Below, piece by piece: positions 17,141 to 24,004 of a stretch of DNA of 32,094 nt; position 1 is the stretch's first letter; each line of letters starts with the position of its first letter. Made by a program: the position numbers and the translations under genes. The notes below the pieces were generated by a model. It did no database searches, was not told the origin of the DNA, and saw nothing but the letters and a program-made list of their open reading frames with translations. Source of the DNA: Dehalococcoidia bacterium (GTDB lineage Bacteria > Chloroflexota > Dehalococcoidia > DSTF01 > RBG-16-68-14); the NCBI GenBank assembly GCA_040882355.1, contig JBBEBM010000031.1, positions 1 to 32,094 on the forward strand, written 5' to 3'.

Positions 17141-17218
17141 ATGAGCATGGCTCGAACACGCAAACCGCCTCTACGCAGGCCGCTCCTTCGGCCCAGGATT
17201 CGCTGCGTTTGTCTCTAG
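17141..17218 (+). CDS. putative Cys-containing leader peptide (MSMARTRKPPLRRPLLRPRIRCVCL) of cysE-cysS
   Basis: Manual translation; two Cys codons (TGC 17204, TGT 17210) near the stop; the coding strand is complementary to the cysE SD region. ATG 17147 is an alternative start. Confidence 0.6.
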   Translation: MSMARTRKPPLRRPLLRPRIRCVCL

Positions 17219-17277
17219 GGGCGTCCGCCTAAGGCGAACGCCCCCAGCCGCGCGAACCTGAGCGGAAGGAGGTCCTG
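17176..17277 (+). promoter_or_regulatory. long SD-sequestering hairpin (candidate translational attenuator) upstream of cysE
   Basis: 17183-17197 pairs with 17257-17271 (13/15), 17199-17203 with 17252-17256, 17205-17211 with 17245-17251, and an apical stem spans 17218-17244. Confidence 0.7.
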
Positions 17278-17282
17278 AGAGC

Positions 17283-18050
17283 GTGTCGCTCCTGAACAAC
17301 ATCGCAAGAGACATTCAAGCCGCCCGCGAACGCGATCCGGCGGCCGCCAGCAACCTGGAAGTCGTCCTCGCGTACCCGGGCTTCCACGCCCGCCAGTTGC
17401 ACCGGCTCGCCCACGCGCTGCACACCAGCGGCGTGCCGGTGCTGCCGCGCGTCATCTCGCACGCGGGGCGCTTCATCACGGGCATCGAGATCCACCCGGG
17501 CGCGAAGATCGGCCAGGGCCTGTTCATCGACCACGGCATGGGCATCGTCATCGGCGAGACGGCCGAGATTGGCGATAACTGCCACCTCTACCAGGGCGTG
17601 ACCCTCGGCGGCACGAGCACGAAGAAGGAGAAGCGCCACCCGACGCTGAAGGACAACGTGCAAGTCGGCGCCGGCGCGAAGCTGATCGGCGCCATCACCG
17701 TGGGCGAGAACGCTTCGATCGGGGCCGGCTCGGTGGTCGTCACGAACGTCCCGCCCAACGCGACGGTCGTCGGTGTGCCGGGGCACATCGTCGCCTACCG
17801 CGACCCCGGCTCGGACACGGTGCTCCATCTACCCGACCCGGAGTGGGACCGCATCACCGCCCTGGAGCAGCAGTTGCAGGAGCTCGGCGAGCGCTTTCGC
17901 TCGCTGGAGGAGCGGCTGGGGGCCACGACGCTGAACAACGCGTCCGGGCCGTTCGGAAGCGCGGCACCGCCGGCTGACGTCGGGGGCATCACCCCGGAAC
18001 CCCGCCCCGAAGCTCCGGAGCGGGAGTATCCCTCCATGGGGAGCCGCTGA
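17283..18050 (+). CDS. cysE: serine O-acetyltransferase
   Basis: [65 protein letters not shown]. Confidence 0.97.
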   Translation: MSLLNNIARDIQAARERDPAAASNLEVVLAYPGFHARQLHRLAHALHTSGVPVLPRVISHAGRFITGIEIHPGAKIGQGLFIDHGMGIVIGETAEIGDNCHLYQGVTLGGTSTKKEKRHPTLKDNVQVGAGAKLIGAITVGENASIGAGSVVVTNVPPNATVVGVPGHIVAYRDPGSDTVLHLPDPEWDRITALEQQLQELGERFRSLEERLGATTLNNASGPFGSAAPPADVGGITPEPRPEAPEREYPSMGSR

Positions 18051-18052
18051 AC

Positions 18053-19423
18053 ATGCCGCTGAAACTGCGCAACACCCTCACCGGCCAGGCCGAGGAGTTC
18101 AAGCCCCAGGGCGACGTCGTGTCGATGTACGTCTGCGGCGTCACGCCTTACGACATGAACCACGTCGGCCACGCGATGAGCTACATCTCCTTCGATGTGC
18201 TCCGGCGCTACCTCGAGTTCAGCGGCTATCAGGTGCGCCACGTCCAGAACTTCACGGACATCGACGACCGGATCATCACCCGCGCGAACAAGGCCGGTGT
18301 GACGATCAACGAGTTCACGGAAGGCATGATCGAGCGCTACCACGAGGACATGCGCGCCCTCAACATCCTGCCGCCGCACGTCTACCCTCGCGCCACTGAA
18401 GAGATCCCCGCCATGATCGAGATGATCACCGGGCTCATCGACCGCGGGTTCGCCTACGTCTCCGAGGGCGACGTCTACTACCGCGTCCAGGGCAAGGACG
18501 ACTACGGCAAGCTCTCGCACCGCACGCTCGATTCGATGATCGCGGGCGCGCGCGTCGAGGTCGACGAGCTGAAGGAGCACCCGATGGACTTCGCGCTCTG
18601 GAAGGCGGCGAAGCCCGACGAGCCATCCTGGGAGAGCCCGTGGGGCCCCGGCCGCCCGGGCTGGCACATCGAGTGCTCAGCGATGTCGCTGCGCTACCTG
18701 GGCGAGCAGATCGACATCCATGGTGGCGGCGAGGACCTGATCTTCCCCCACCACGAGAACGAGATCGCGCAGACCGAGGCCTACACCGGCAAGGCGCCGT
18801 TCGTCCGTTACTGGGTACACAACGCCTGGGTGAAGGCGGGCGAAGAGAAGATGAGCAAGTCGCTCGGCAACTTCGTTACCATCGCCGACGCGCTCGCCCG
18901 CTGGCCCGCGGACGCCATCCGCATGTGGGTGCTCACCTCCCACTACCGGACGCCGCTCTCGTACACGGAGGAAGCGCTGCAGGCGGCGAAGCGCGGCGGC
19001 GAGCGCCTCCGGATCGCGGCGCGCGCGCCATCAGATGGCGCCGCCGCGGGCGGAGAGATCGACGCGGCGCCCTACCGCGACAGCTTCATCGAAGCGATGG
19101 ACGACGACCTGAATACGTCAAAGGCGCTCGCCGCGCTCTTCGACCTCGCGCACGAGATCAGCAGAGCCCGCGACGAGGGCCGTCCGGTCGCCGGCGCGCA
19201 GGCAGCACTCCTCGAGCTGGCCGACGTGCTCGGCCTCACCCTCACCGAGGCGGAGACGGACATGGGCGCCGCGCCATTCATCGAACTGCTCATCGCCCTC
19301 CGCGGCGAGCTGCGCGAGGCGAAGCAGTTCGCCCTCGCCGACCGCGTCCGCGACGGACTTACCGAGCTTGACATCGCCCTGGAAGACACGCCGCAGGGCA
19401 CGGTGTGGCGCCGCCAAGACTGA
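18053..19423 (+). CDS. cysS: cysteine--tRNA ligase
   Basis: MYVCGVTPY...HVGH, NFTDIDD, GRPGWHIECS, HGGGEDLIFPHHENE, KMSKSLGN. Confidence 0.98.
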   Translation: MPLKLRNTLTGQAEEFKPQGDVVSMYVCGVTPYDMNHVGHAMSYISFDVLRRYLEFSGYQVRHVQNFTDIDDRIITRANKAGVTINEFTEGMIERYHEDMRALNILPPHVYPRATEEIPAMIEMITGLIDRGFAYVSEGDVYYRVQGKDDYGKLSHRTLDSMIAGARVEVDELKEHPMDFALWKAAKPDEPSWESPWGPGRPGWHIECSAMSLRYLGEQIDIHGGGEDLIFPHHENEIAQTEAYTGKAPFVRYWVHNAWVKAGEEKMSKSLGNFVTIADALARWPADAIRMWVLTSHYRTPLSYTEEALQAAKRGGERLRIAARAPSDGAAAGGEIDAAPYRDSFIEAMDDDLNTSKALAALFDLAHEISRARDEGRPVAGAQAALLELADVLGLTLTEAETDMGAAPFIELLIALRGELREAKQFALADRVRDGLTELDIALEDTPQGTVWRRQD

Positions 19424-19440
19424 CTGGAAGACACGCTCAT

Positions 19441-19468
19441 CGAAGGCCAGGCTCTAGCCTGGCCTTCG
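19441..19468. repeat. perfect inverted repeat / REP-like hairpin downstream of cysS
   Basis: CGAAGGCCAGGCT-CT-AGCCTGGCCTTCG; 19440-19463 is 22/24 identical to 21906-21929. Confidence 0.7.
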
Positions 19469-19503
19469 TGCGCTAGGAGGAGTTTGGGGTCTATACTCCT
19501 CCC

Positions 19504-20046
19504 GTGACCGCCGGGCCTCACATCGACCTGAAGGCGCTCATCCGCGATGTGCCTGACTTCCCGCAGCCGGGCGTCCTCTTCCGTGACATCACCCCGCTCC
19601 TCCAGGACCCCAACGCCTTCCGCTACGTCATCGACGAGATGACGCGGCTCATCGGCGCGCTGACCCCGGACGCGATCGTGGGCGTGGAGGCGCGTGGGCT
19701 GCTCTTCGGCGCGCCTGTCGCATACAACCTCGGCTTGCCCTTCGCACCGGTGCGCAAGGCGGGCAAGCTGCCCCACCAGCGCATGAGCGTCGAGTTCGCA
19801 CTAGAGTACGGCGAGAGCCAGCTCGACATCCACGTCGACGCTCTCCAGCGCGACCAGCAGGTCGTGGTCGTGGACGACCTGCTCGCCACTGGCGGCACCG
19901 CCGTCGCCACGGCGAAGCTGATCGAGCTGCTCGGCGCATCGGTCAAGGCGATGGCCTTCGTCGTGGAGCTCGCCTTTCTCGGCGGCCGTGAGCGCCTGCG
20001 AGAGTATCCGGTCATCGCCCTCGCCCGCTACGATGAACCCGCTTGA
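19504..20046 (+). CDS. apt: adenine phosphoribosyltransferase
   Basis: IRDVPDFPQPGVLFRDITPLL, EARG, RKAGKLP, LEYG, VDDLLATGGT. Confidence 0.97.
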   Translation: MTAGPHIDLKALIRDVPDFPQPGVLFRDITPLLQDPNAFRYVIDEMTRLIGALTPDAIVGVEARGLLFGAPVAYNLGLPFAPVRKAGKLPHQRMSVEFALEYGESQLDIHVDALQRDQQVVVVDDLLATGGTAVATAKLIELLGASVKAMAFVVELAFLGGRERLREYPVIALARYDEPA

Positions 20047-20143
20047 CCTTAGCTCTCCCACGAGTAATCCTTCCCCCCAGACACCCACGTATTCCTGAGA
20101 GGGCACACTGATGCGCCCATCATCGCCAAAGGGAGGTAGAACG

Positions 20144-20677
20144 ATGAGGAAGTACTTGCTACTGCTGGGAGCGGCCCTGCTGACAGGGGCGTTCGCAATC
20201 GGCGCTGCCGCTTGCGACGATGATGAGGGTGATGGCGGTGATACGGCGACCGCTACCGCAGTGGACGGCGGCGCGGCACCGACCGACGCCGCGGACAGCG
20301 AGGAGCCGACCGCGACGGCGGAGGAGAGCGCTACCGGCGATGCGACGGTGATTGTGTCGGAGAACGCCACCCTCGGCAGCATACTCACCGATGCGGACGG
20401 CGGTACTCTTTACACCTTCGGGAGCGACACGCCCAACACCAGCAATTGCACCGACGCGTGTGCGACCGCGTGGCCGCCCTTCACGGCAGAGGGCGAGCCT
20501 GCGGCTGGCGAGGGCGTCCCAGGTACGCTGGCCACGATCACTCGCGCGGACGGCACCACTCAAGTCACGTACGATGGCAAGCCGCTCTACCACTTCTCGA
20601 ACGACACTGCCCCAGGCGATGCCAAGGGCCAGGGTGTCTTGGACCTCTGGTTTGTAGTCGAGGTTGACGCCGGATAG
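20144..20677 (+). CDS. lipoprotein with COG4315 / Lipoprotein_15-type repeats
   Basis: SD GGGAGGT; lipobox AAAC; GGTLYTF...[25 protein letters not shown]...[11 protein letters not shown]. Confidence 0.85.
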   Translation: MRKYLLLLGAALLTGAFAIGAAACDDDEGDGGDTATATAVDGGAAPTDAADSEEPTATAEESATGDATVIVSENATLGSILTDADGGTLYTFGSDTPNTSNCTDACATAWPPFTAEGEPAAGEGVPGTLATITRADGTTQVTYDGKPLYHFSNDTAPGDAKGQGVLDLWFVVEVDAG

Positions 20678-20711
20678 CGCGCTCTCACCAGCGCAGTGAA
20701 GGGGAACGCAC

Positions 20712-21500
20712 GTGGAGTTCAAGGAAGTCATCGGCAGCAGGCGCTCGATCCGGTTCTTCGAGCCGGACAAGCCCGTCGAGCGTGAGAAGATCCAGAAGAT
20801 GCTGGAGGCGGCGCGGCTCGCCTCGTGCGCCGTCAACGCCCACTGGGCGAAGGCAATCGTTATCGAGCGCGACAAGCTGCCCGAGGACAAGCTAGAGAAG
20901 ATGAAGACGCCGGTGGCCGCCCTTAACATCGAGCTGGCGCCAGTCCACATCTACTGGTACGCGGACCTGGGCGTGGTCAACCGCGTCCAGGGATCGCGCC
21001 TCAAGGAGCTGGTCGATGTCGGAGCGCTCGCGCCGACGCACGGCTGGAGCCACAAGTTCGTCGACGAGCTGGTCTACCCACAGATCCTCAAGCCGATGAC
21101 GCAGGGCCCCGGCTACCCCATCGCCGCCGCCACAGACTGCGGCGTCGCCATGTGCCAGGCGATGCTCACCGGCGTCGACGAGGGGCTCGGCGTCTGCCTC
21201 AGCTCGTTCATCCCCAACATCGCGAAGGAACTGTTCAAGGTGCCGGACGACTGGGTGCCGCTCTACGTGCTGCTCGTCGGCTATCCGGCCGAGTCGGCGA
21301 AAGGCGGCGGGCAGCGCCCGCGCCCCCCCTTCGAGGAGCAGTACCACTACGGCGAATACGGGACGCCATACACACGCGACGAGGCGGTCGTGGAGGAGCT
21401 GAAGCAGGCGAAGATGATCCAGGAGCCGGCCCAGCCGAACAACCAGGAGCGCACAGACGAGATCAAGCGCCTGGCCGAGCGCCTCGGCCTGCCCCTCTAG
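20712..21500 (+). CDS. nitroreductase family protein (divergent)
   Basis: EVIGSRRSIRFF FMN motif, ATDCGVAMCQAMLTGVDEGLGVC, LLVGYP. Confidence 0.85.
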   Translation: MEFKEVIGSRRSIRFFEPDKPVEREKIQKMLEAARLASCAVNAHWAKAIVIERDKLPEDKLEKMKTPVAALNIELAPVHIYWYADLGVVNRVQGSRLKELVDVGALAPTHGWSHKFVDELVYPQILKPMTQGPGYPIAAATDCGVAMCQAMLTGVDEGLGVCLSSFIPNIAKELFKVPDDWVPLYVLLVGYPAESAKGGGQRPRPPFEEQYHYGEYGTPYTRDEAVVEELKQAKMIQEPAQPNNQERTDEIKRLAERLGLPL

Positions 21501-21505
21501 CGCCC

Positions 21506-21874
21506 GTGGCCGAGCTCCAGCCGCTCACCGGCTACGCCAGCGTCCAGGCCTGGTTCGAAGGCCTGCACCGGCACTGGGGCGGCGACCCGGAGCACGATGA
21601 CCCGGAACGCCTCGAGATCATCGAGGCGTTCTGCCGTTTCGCGGACAGGGACCCGGATGCGGTCATTGCCGAGTGCCTGCTGGTGAAGGACGGCGAGAAA
21701 CGCATCCGCACGAAGGGACGCCAGCGCTGCGCGGACCTCATCGCCGAGTTCCAGTCAGGCGTGGAGGGCCCGCGCATGAAGCGGGCGAAGTGGGGCAACA
21801 CCGTGCGCAGCTTCCTGATCCACAACGGCATCATGCTCCAGTCAGGTGTCCAGGGCGGCGAGTCTGGAAGTTAG
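21506..21874 (+). CDS. hypothetical protein, coupled to the nitroreductase
   Basis: GTG 5 nt after the nitroreductase stop; protein-like part of track ORF 21152..21874 (MAELQPLTGYASVQAW...NTVRSFLIHNG). Confidence 0.75.
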   Translation: MAELQPLTGYASVQAWFEGLHRHWGGDPEHDDPERLEIIEAFCRFADRDPDAVIAECLLVKDGEKRIRTKGRQRCADLIAEFQSGVEGPRMKRAKWGNTVRSFLIHNGIMLQSGVQGGESGS

Positions 21875-21905
21875 ACGCGTGAGGCAACGGGCGAGACGCC
21901 TCATT

Positions 21906-21970
21906 TCGACGGCCACGCTCTAGCCTGGCGGTGAGGCCGTCAACCGCGTAGGCCGGGCCTTACGCCCGGC
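21906..21970. repeat. degenerate REP-like hairpin cluster between convergent genes
   Basis: GACG-GCCACGC-TCTA-GCCTGGC (21908-21929) and GTAG-GCCGGGC-CTTAC-GCCCGGC (21948-21970). Confidence 0.5.
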
Positions 21971-22003
21971 TAGCGGGTAGCGGATGTTGTCGATCCGGCG
22001 CGG

Positions 22004-22267
22004 CTAGGCGGGGGCCGCCGCCTGCTCCAGAAGGGCTGTTCTGGGCAGCATACCTTCGAAGATGCGCTCCAGCGCCATGGTGTGAGCGCAGGCGCCCCAA
22101 CCGGCAAAGAAATCGCAGCTACAGCCCCAGGTGTCGCCGTCGAGCGAAACCTCGTGCTGATCGTTCTCTCCATCGAACTCGACTCGCAGGCCGCGGACGT
22201 GGATACGGCCTCGTTCCTGGGCGTAGCGCTTCGCCTTCTCTATCTTGCCGATGAGGCTGGAGTTCAT
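22004..22267 (-). CDS. small SWIM-like zinc-finger protein
   Basis: WGCSCDFFAGWGACAH (CxC-x8-CxH); strong SD GGGAGGTG 7 nt upstream. Confidence 0.85.
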   Translation of the reverse strand: MNSSLIGKIEKAKRYAQERGRIHVRGLRVEFDGENDQHEVSLDGDTWGCSCDFFAGWGACAHTMALERIFEGMLPRTALLEQAAAPA

Positions 22268-22287
22268 CTAGGCACACCTCCCTGTAT

Positions 22288-22325
22288 GAAAAACAAGATC
22301 GGCACCGGGCAGTCCGGTGCCGATC
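22288..22325 (-). terminator. intrinsic terminator in the 5' leader of the SWIM-like gene
   Basis: Minus strand GATCGGCACCGG-ACTGC-CCGGTGCCGATC (12-bp perfect stem) followed by TTGTTTTTC. Confidence 0.8.
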
Positions 22326-22353
22326 ACTGCGGGAACTGTGTGAGGCGGGACAT
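22324..22353 (-). CDS. putative leader peptide MSRLTQFPQ
   Basis: ATG TCC CGC CTC ACA CAG TTC CCG CAG TGA; the stop overlaps the terminator 5' arm; GAGGG 10 nt upstream. Confidence 0.4.
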   Translation of the reverse strand: MSRLTQFPQ

Positions 22354-22376
22354 CCTTCAGATACCCTCTGGAGCGT

Positions 22377-22405
22377 ATTCTAGCGCCCTTCGCCCGGGAG
22401 ATCAA
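22377..22405 (-). promoter_or_regulatory. sigma70 promoter for the leader and SWIM-like gene
   Basis: TTGATC-N17-TAGAAT. Confidence 0.7.
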
Positions 22406-22471
22406 GCGAGGTCCATCCCTATTATTGGTGAGTCTTGTCCCTCGACGGCCCCACTCGCTACCATCAACACG

Positions 22472-24004
22472 ATGCGCCTGGCTACCCCTATCGTCGCCGT
22501 CGGGCTGCTCGCGAGCCTCGCCCTGCTCACCGCCCTGCCGTCCGCGAGCGCCGGTGGGCCTACCACCGAGCGCGTCAGCGTCGCGAGCGACGCTACGGAG
22601 GCTGACGGCCCAAGCGAGGCGGCCTCAGCGAGCGCGGACGGTCGCTTCGTCGCCTTCGCCTCTGACGCCTCGAACCTGGTACCTGACGACAGCTTCGGCG
22701 CGCGCGACATCTTCGTCCGGGACCTGGACGCCGGCGCCACGGAGCGCGTCAGTGTCGGGACCGGCGGCGCGGAGGCCAACAACCACTCATTCACGCCGGC
22801 CATCAGCGGCGACGGTCGTTACGTCGCCTTCGCCTCGTTCGCCAGCAACATCGTTGCCAACGACCTCAACGACGAGAGCGACATCTTCGTCTACGATCGC
22901 ACCGCAGGCGCCGTCGAACGGGTCAGTGTCGCGAGCAACGCCACGGAAGGAAACAACGAGAGCGTCACCCCCTCCATCAGCGCAGATGGGCGTTATGTCA
23001 CGTTCACCTCCCTCGCCACCAACCTGGTTGTCAGCGACGCGAACAACGATCGCGACGTCTTCCTCCGCGACCGAACCTCGGGGACCACCGAGCTCATCAG
23101 CCAGGCCTCCGACGGCACACAAGGCAACTTCGCCAGCGGCGGACTCGGCGCCGGCCCCGCCCGGGTAAGCGACGACGGTCACCTCATCGTCTTCGGCTCC
23201 TTCGCGAACAACCTCGTCGCGAACGACGCCAATGGCTTCGACGACATCTTCGTCCGCGACCGCCTGGCCAGCACGACCGAGCGCGTCAGCGTTGGTGATG
23301 GCGAGGAAGAGGGCAACGGACACAGCCTCTACGGCTCGATCAGCGACGACGGGCGCTACATCGCATTCGCCTCGGCCGCTGACACCTTTGTTTCGGGCGA
23401 CAACCTCGGCTTCGTCGATATCTTCCTGCGAGATCGCCAGGCGGCGACCACCGTTCGCCTGAGCATCGCGCCCAGCGCTTCGGAGGCAGCCGGCGACAGC
23501 GCATTCGCCATGATCGCCGCCGGCGGCGGGAGCGTGGCCTTCCAGTCTGTCGCATCGAACCTGATCGCGTCCGACGGCAACGGCACAAGCGACATCTTCC
23601 GCTACGACCTCGCCAGCAGCGCGCTTAGCCGCGTCAGCGTCGCGGGCGACGGCGCCGAGGCGCACGGCGCCAGCTCCTTCGTCTCGACGAGCGCCGATGG
23701 CCGGGTTACCGCCTTTCAGTCGGCTGCGCCGGACCTGGTGGGGGGCGACACGTTAGGCTTGGTCGACATCTTCGTCCGCATCGAGCAGGCGCAGGTCAGC
23801 CCGACCCCGACGACCGGCGAGACGGCGACGCCACCAGATGGCGCCACACCCACCAGCGCGCCATCGGCCGTGGGCCTACCTGAGACTGGCGCGGGCGCGA
23901 ACGAGAGCGAACAGACCGCCTTCGTGCCGATGATCGCTGCATTGGTCGCGGGTGTGGCGCTCGCGGGAACAGCACTCGCGCTGCGAGCGCGTCGCCCTAG
24001 CTGA
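22472..24004 (+). CDS. secreted TolB/PD40-like 7-repeat beta-propeller protein with C-terminal LPETG sorting signal
   Basis: Signal peptide MRLATPIVAVGLL...ASA; seven repeats of about 58 aa (TERVSV...ISADGRYVAFxS.ASNLV..D.N...DIFVRD); Pro/Thr linker; LPETG, hydrophobic helix and RARR tail. Confidence 0.85.
   Translation: MRLATPIVAVGLLASLALLTALPSASAGGPTTERVSVASDATEADGPSEAASASADGRFVAFASDASNLVPDDSFGARDIFVRDLDAGATERVSVGTGGAEANNHSFTPAISGDGRYVAFASFASNIVANDLNDESDIFVYDRTAGAVERVSVASNATEGNNESVTPSISADGRYVTFTSLATNLVVSDANNDRDVFLRDRTSGTTELISQASDGTQGNFASGGLGAGPARVSDDGHLIVFGSFANNLVANDANGFDDIFVRDRLASTTERVSVGDGEEEGNGHSLYGSISDDGRYIAFASAADTFVSGDNLGFVDIFLRDRQAATTVRLSIAPSASEAAGDSAFAMIAAGGGSVAFQSVASNLIASDGNGTSDIFRYDLASSALSRVSVAGDGAEAHGASSFVSTSADGRVTAFQSAAPDLVGGDTLGLVDIFVRIEQAQVSPTPTTGETATPPDGATPTSAPSAVGLPETGAGANESEQTAFVPMIAALVAGVALAGTALALRARRPS

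Noticed and set aside
17117..17282. T-box or SAM riboswitch upstream of cysE
   Set aside because: No GGTGGNACCGCG T-box, no U-tailed terminator and no SAM-I core; the leader-peptide/anti-SD model fits better.
21875..21949. Three-way junction with GAAA on the minus strand resembling a hammerhead ribozyme
   Set aside because: No free CUGANGA core and no NUH cleavage triplet; the pairing is explainable by REP-like remnants and high GC.
22560..23780. Periodic DNA similarity that might suggest a CRISPR array or tandem repeat
   Set aside because: Degenerate in-frame protein repeats of about 174 nt of a beta-propeller; no identical repeats with unique spacers.
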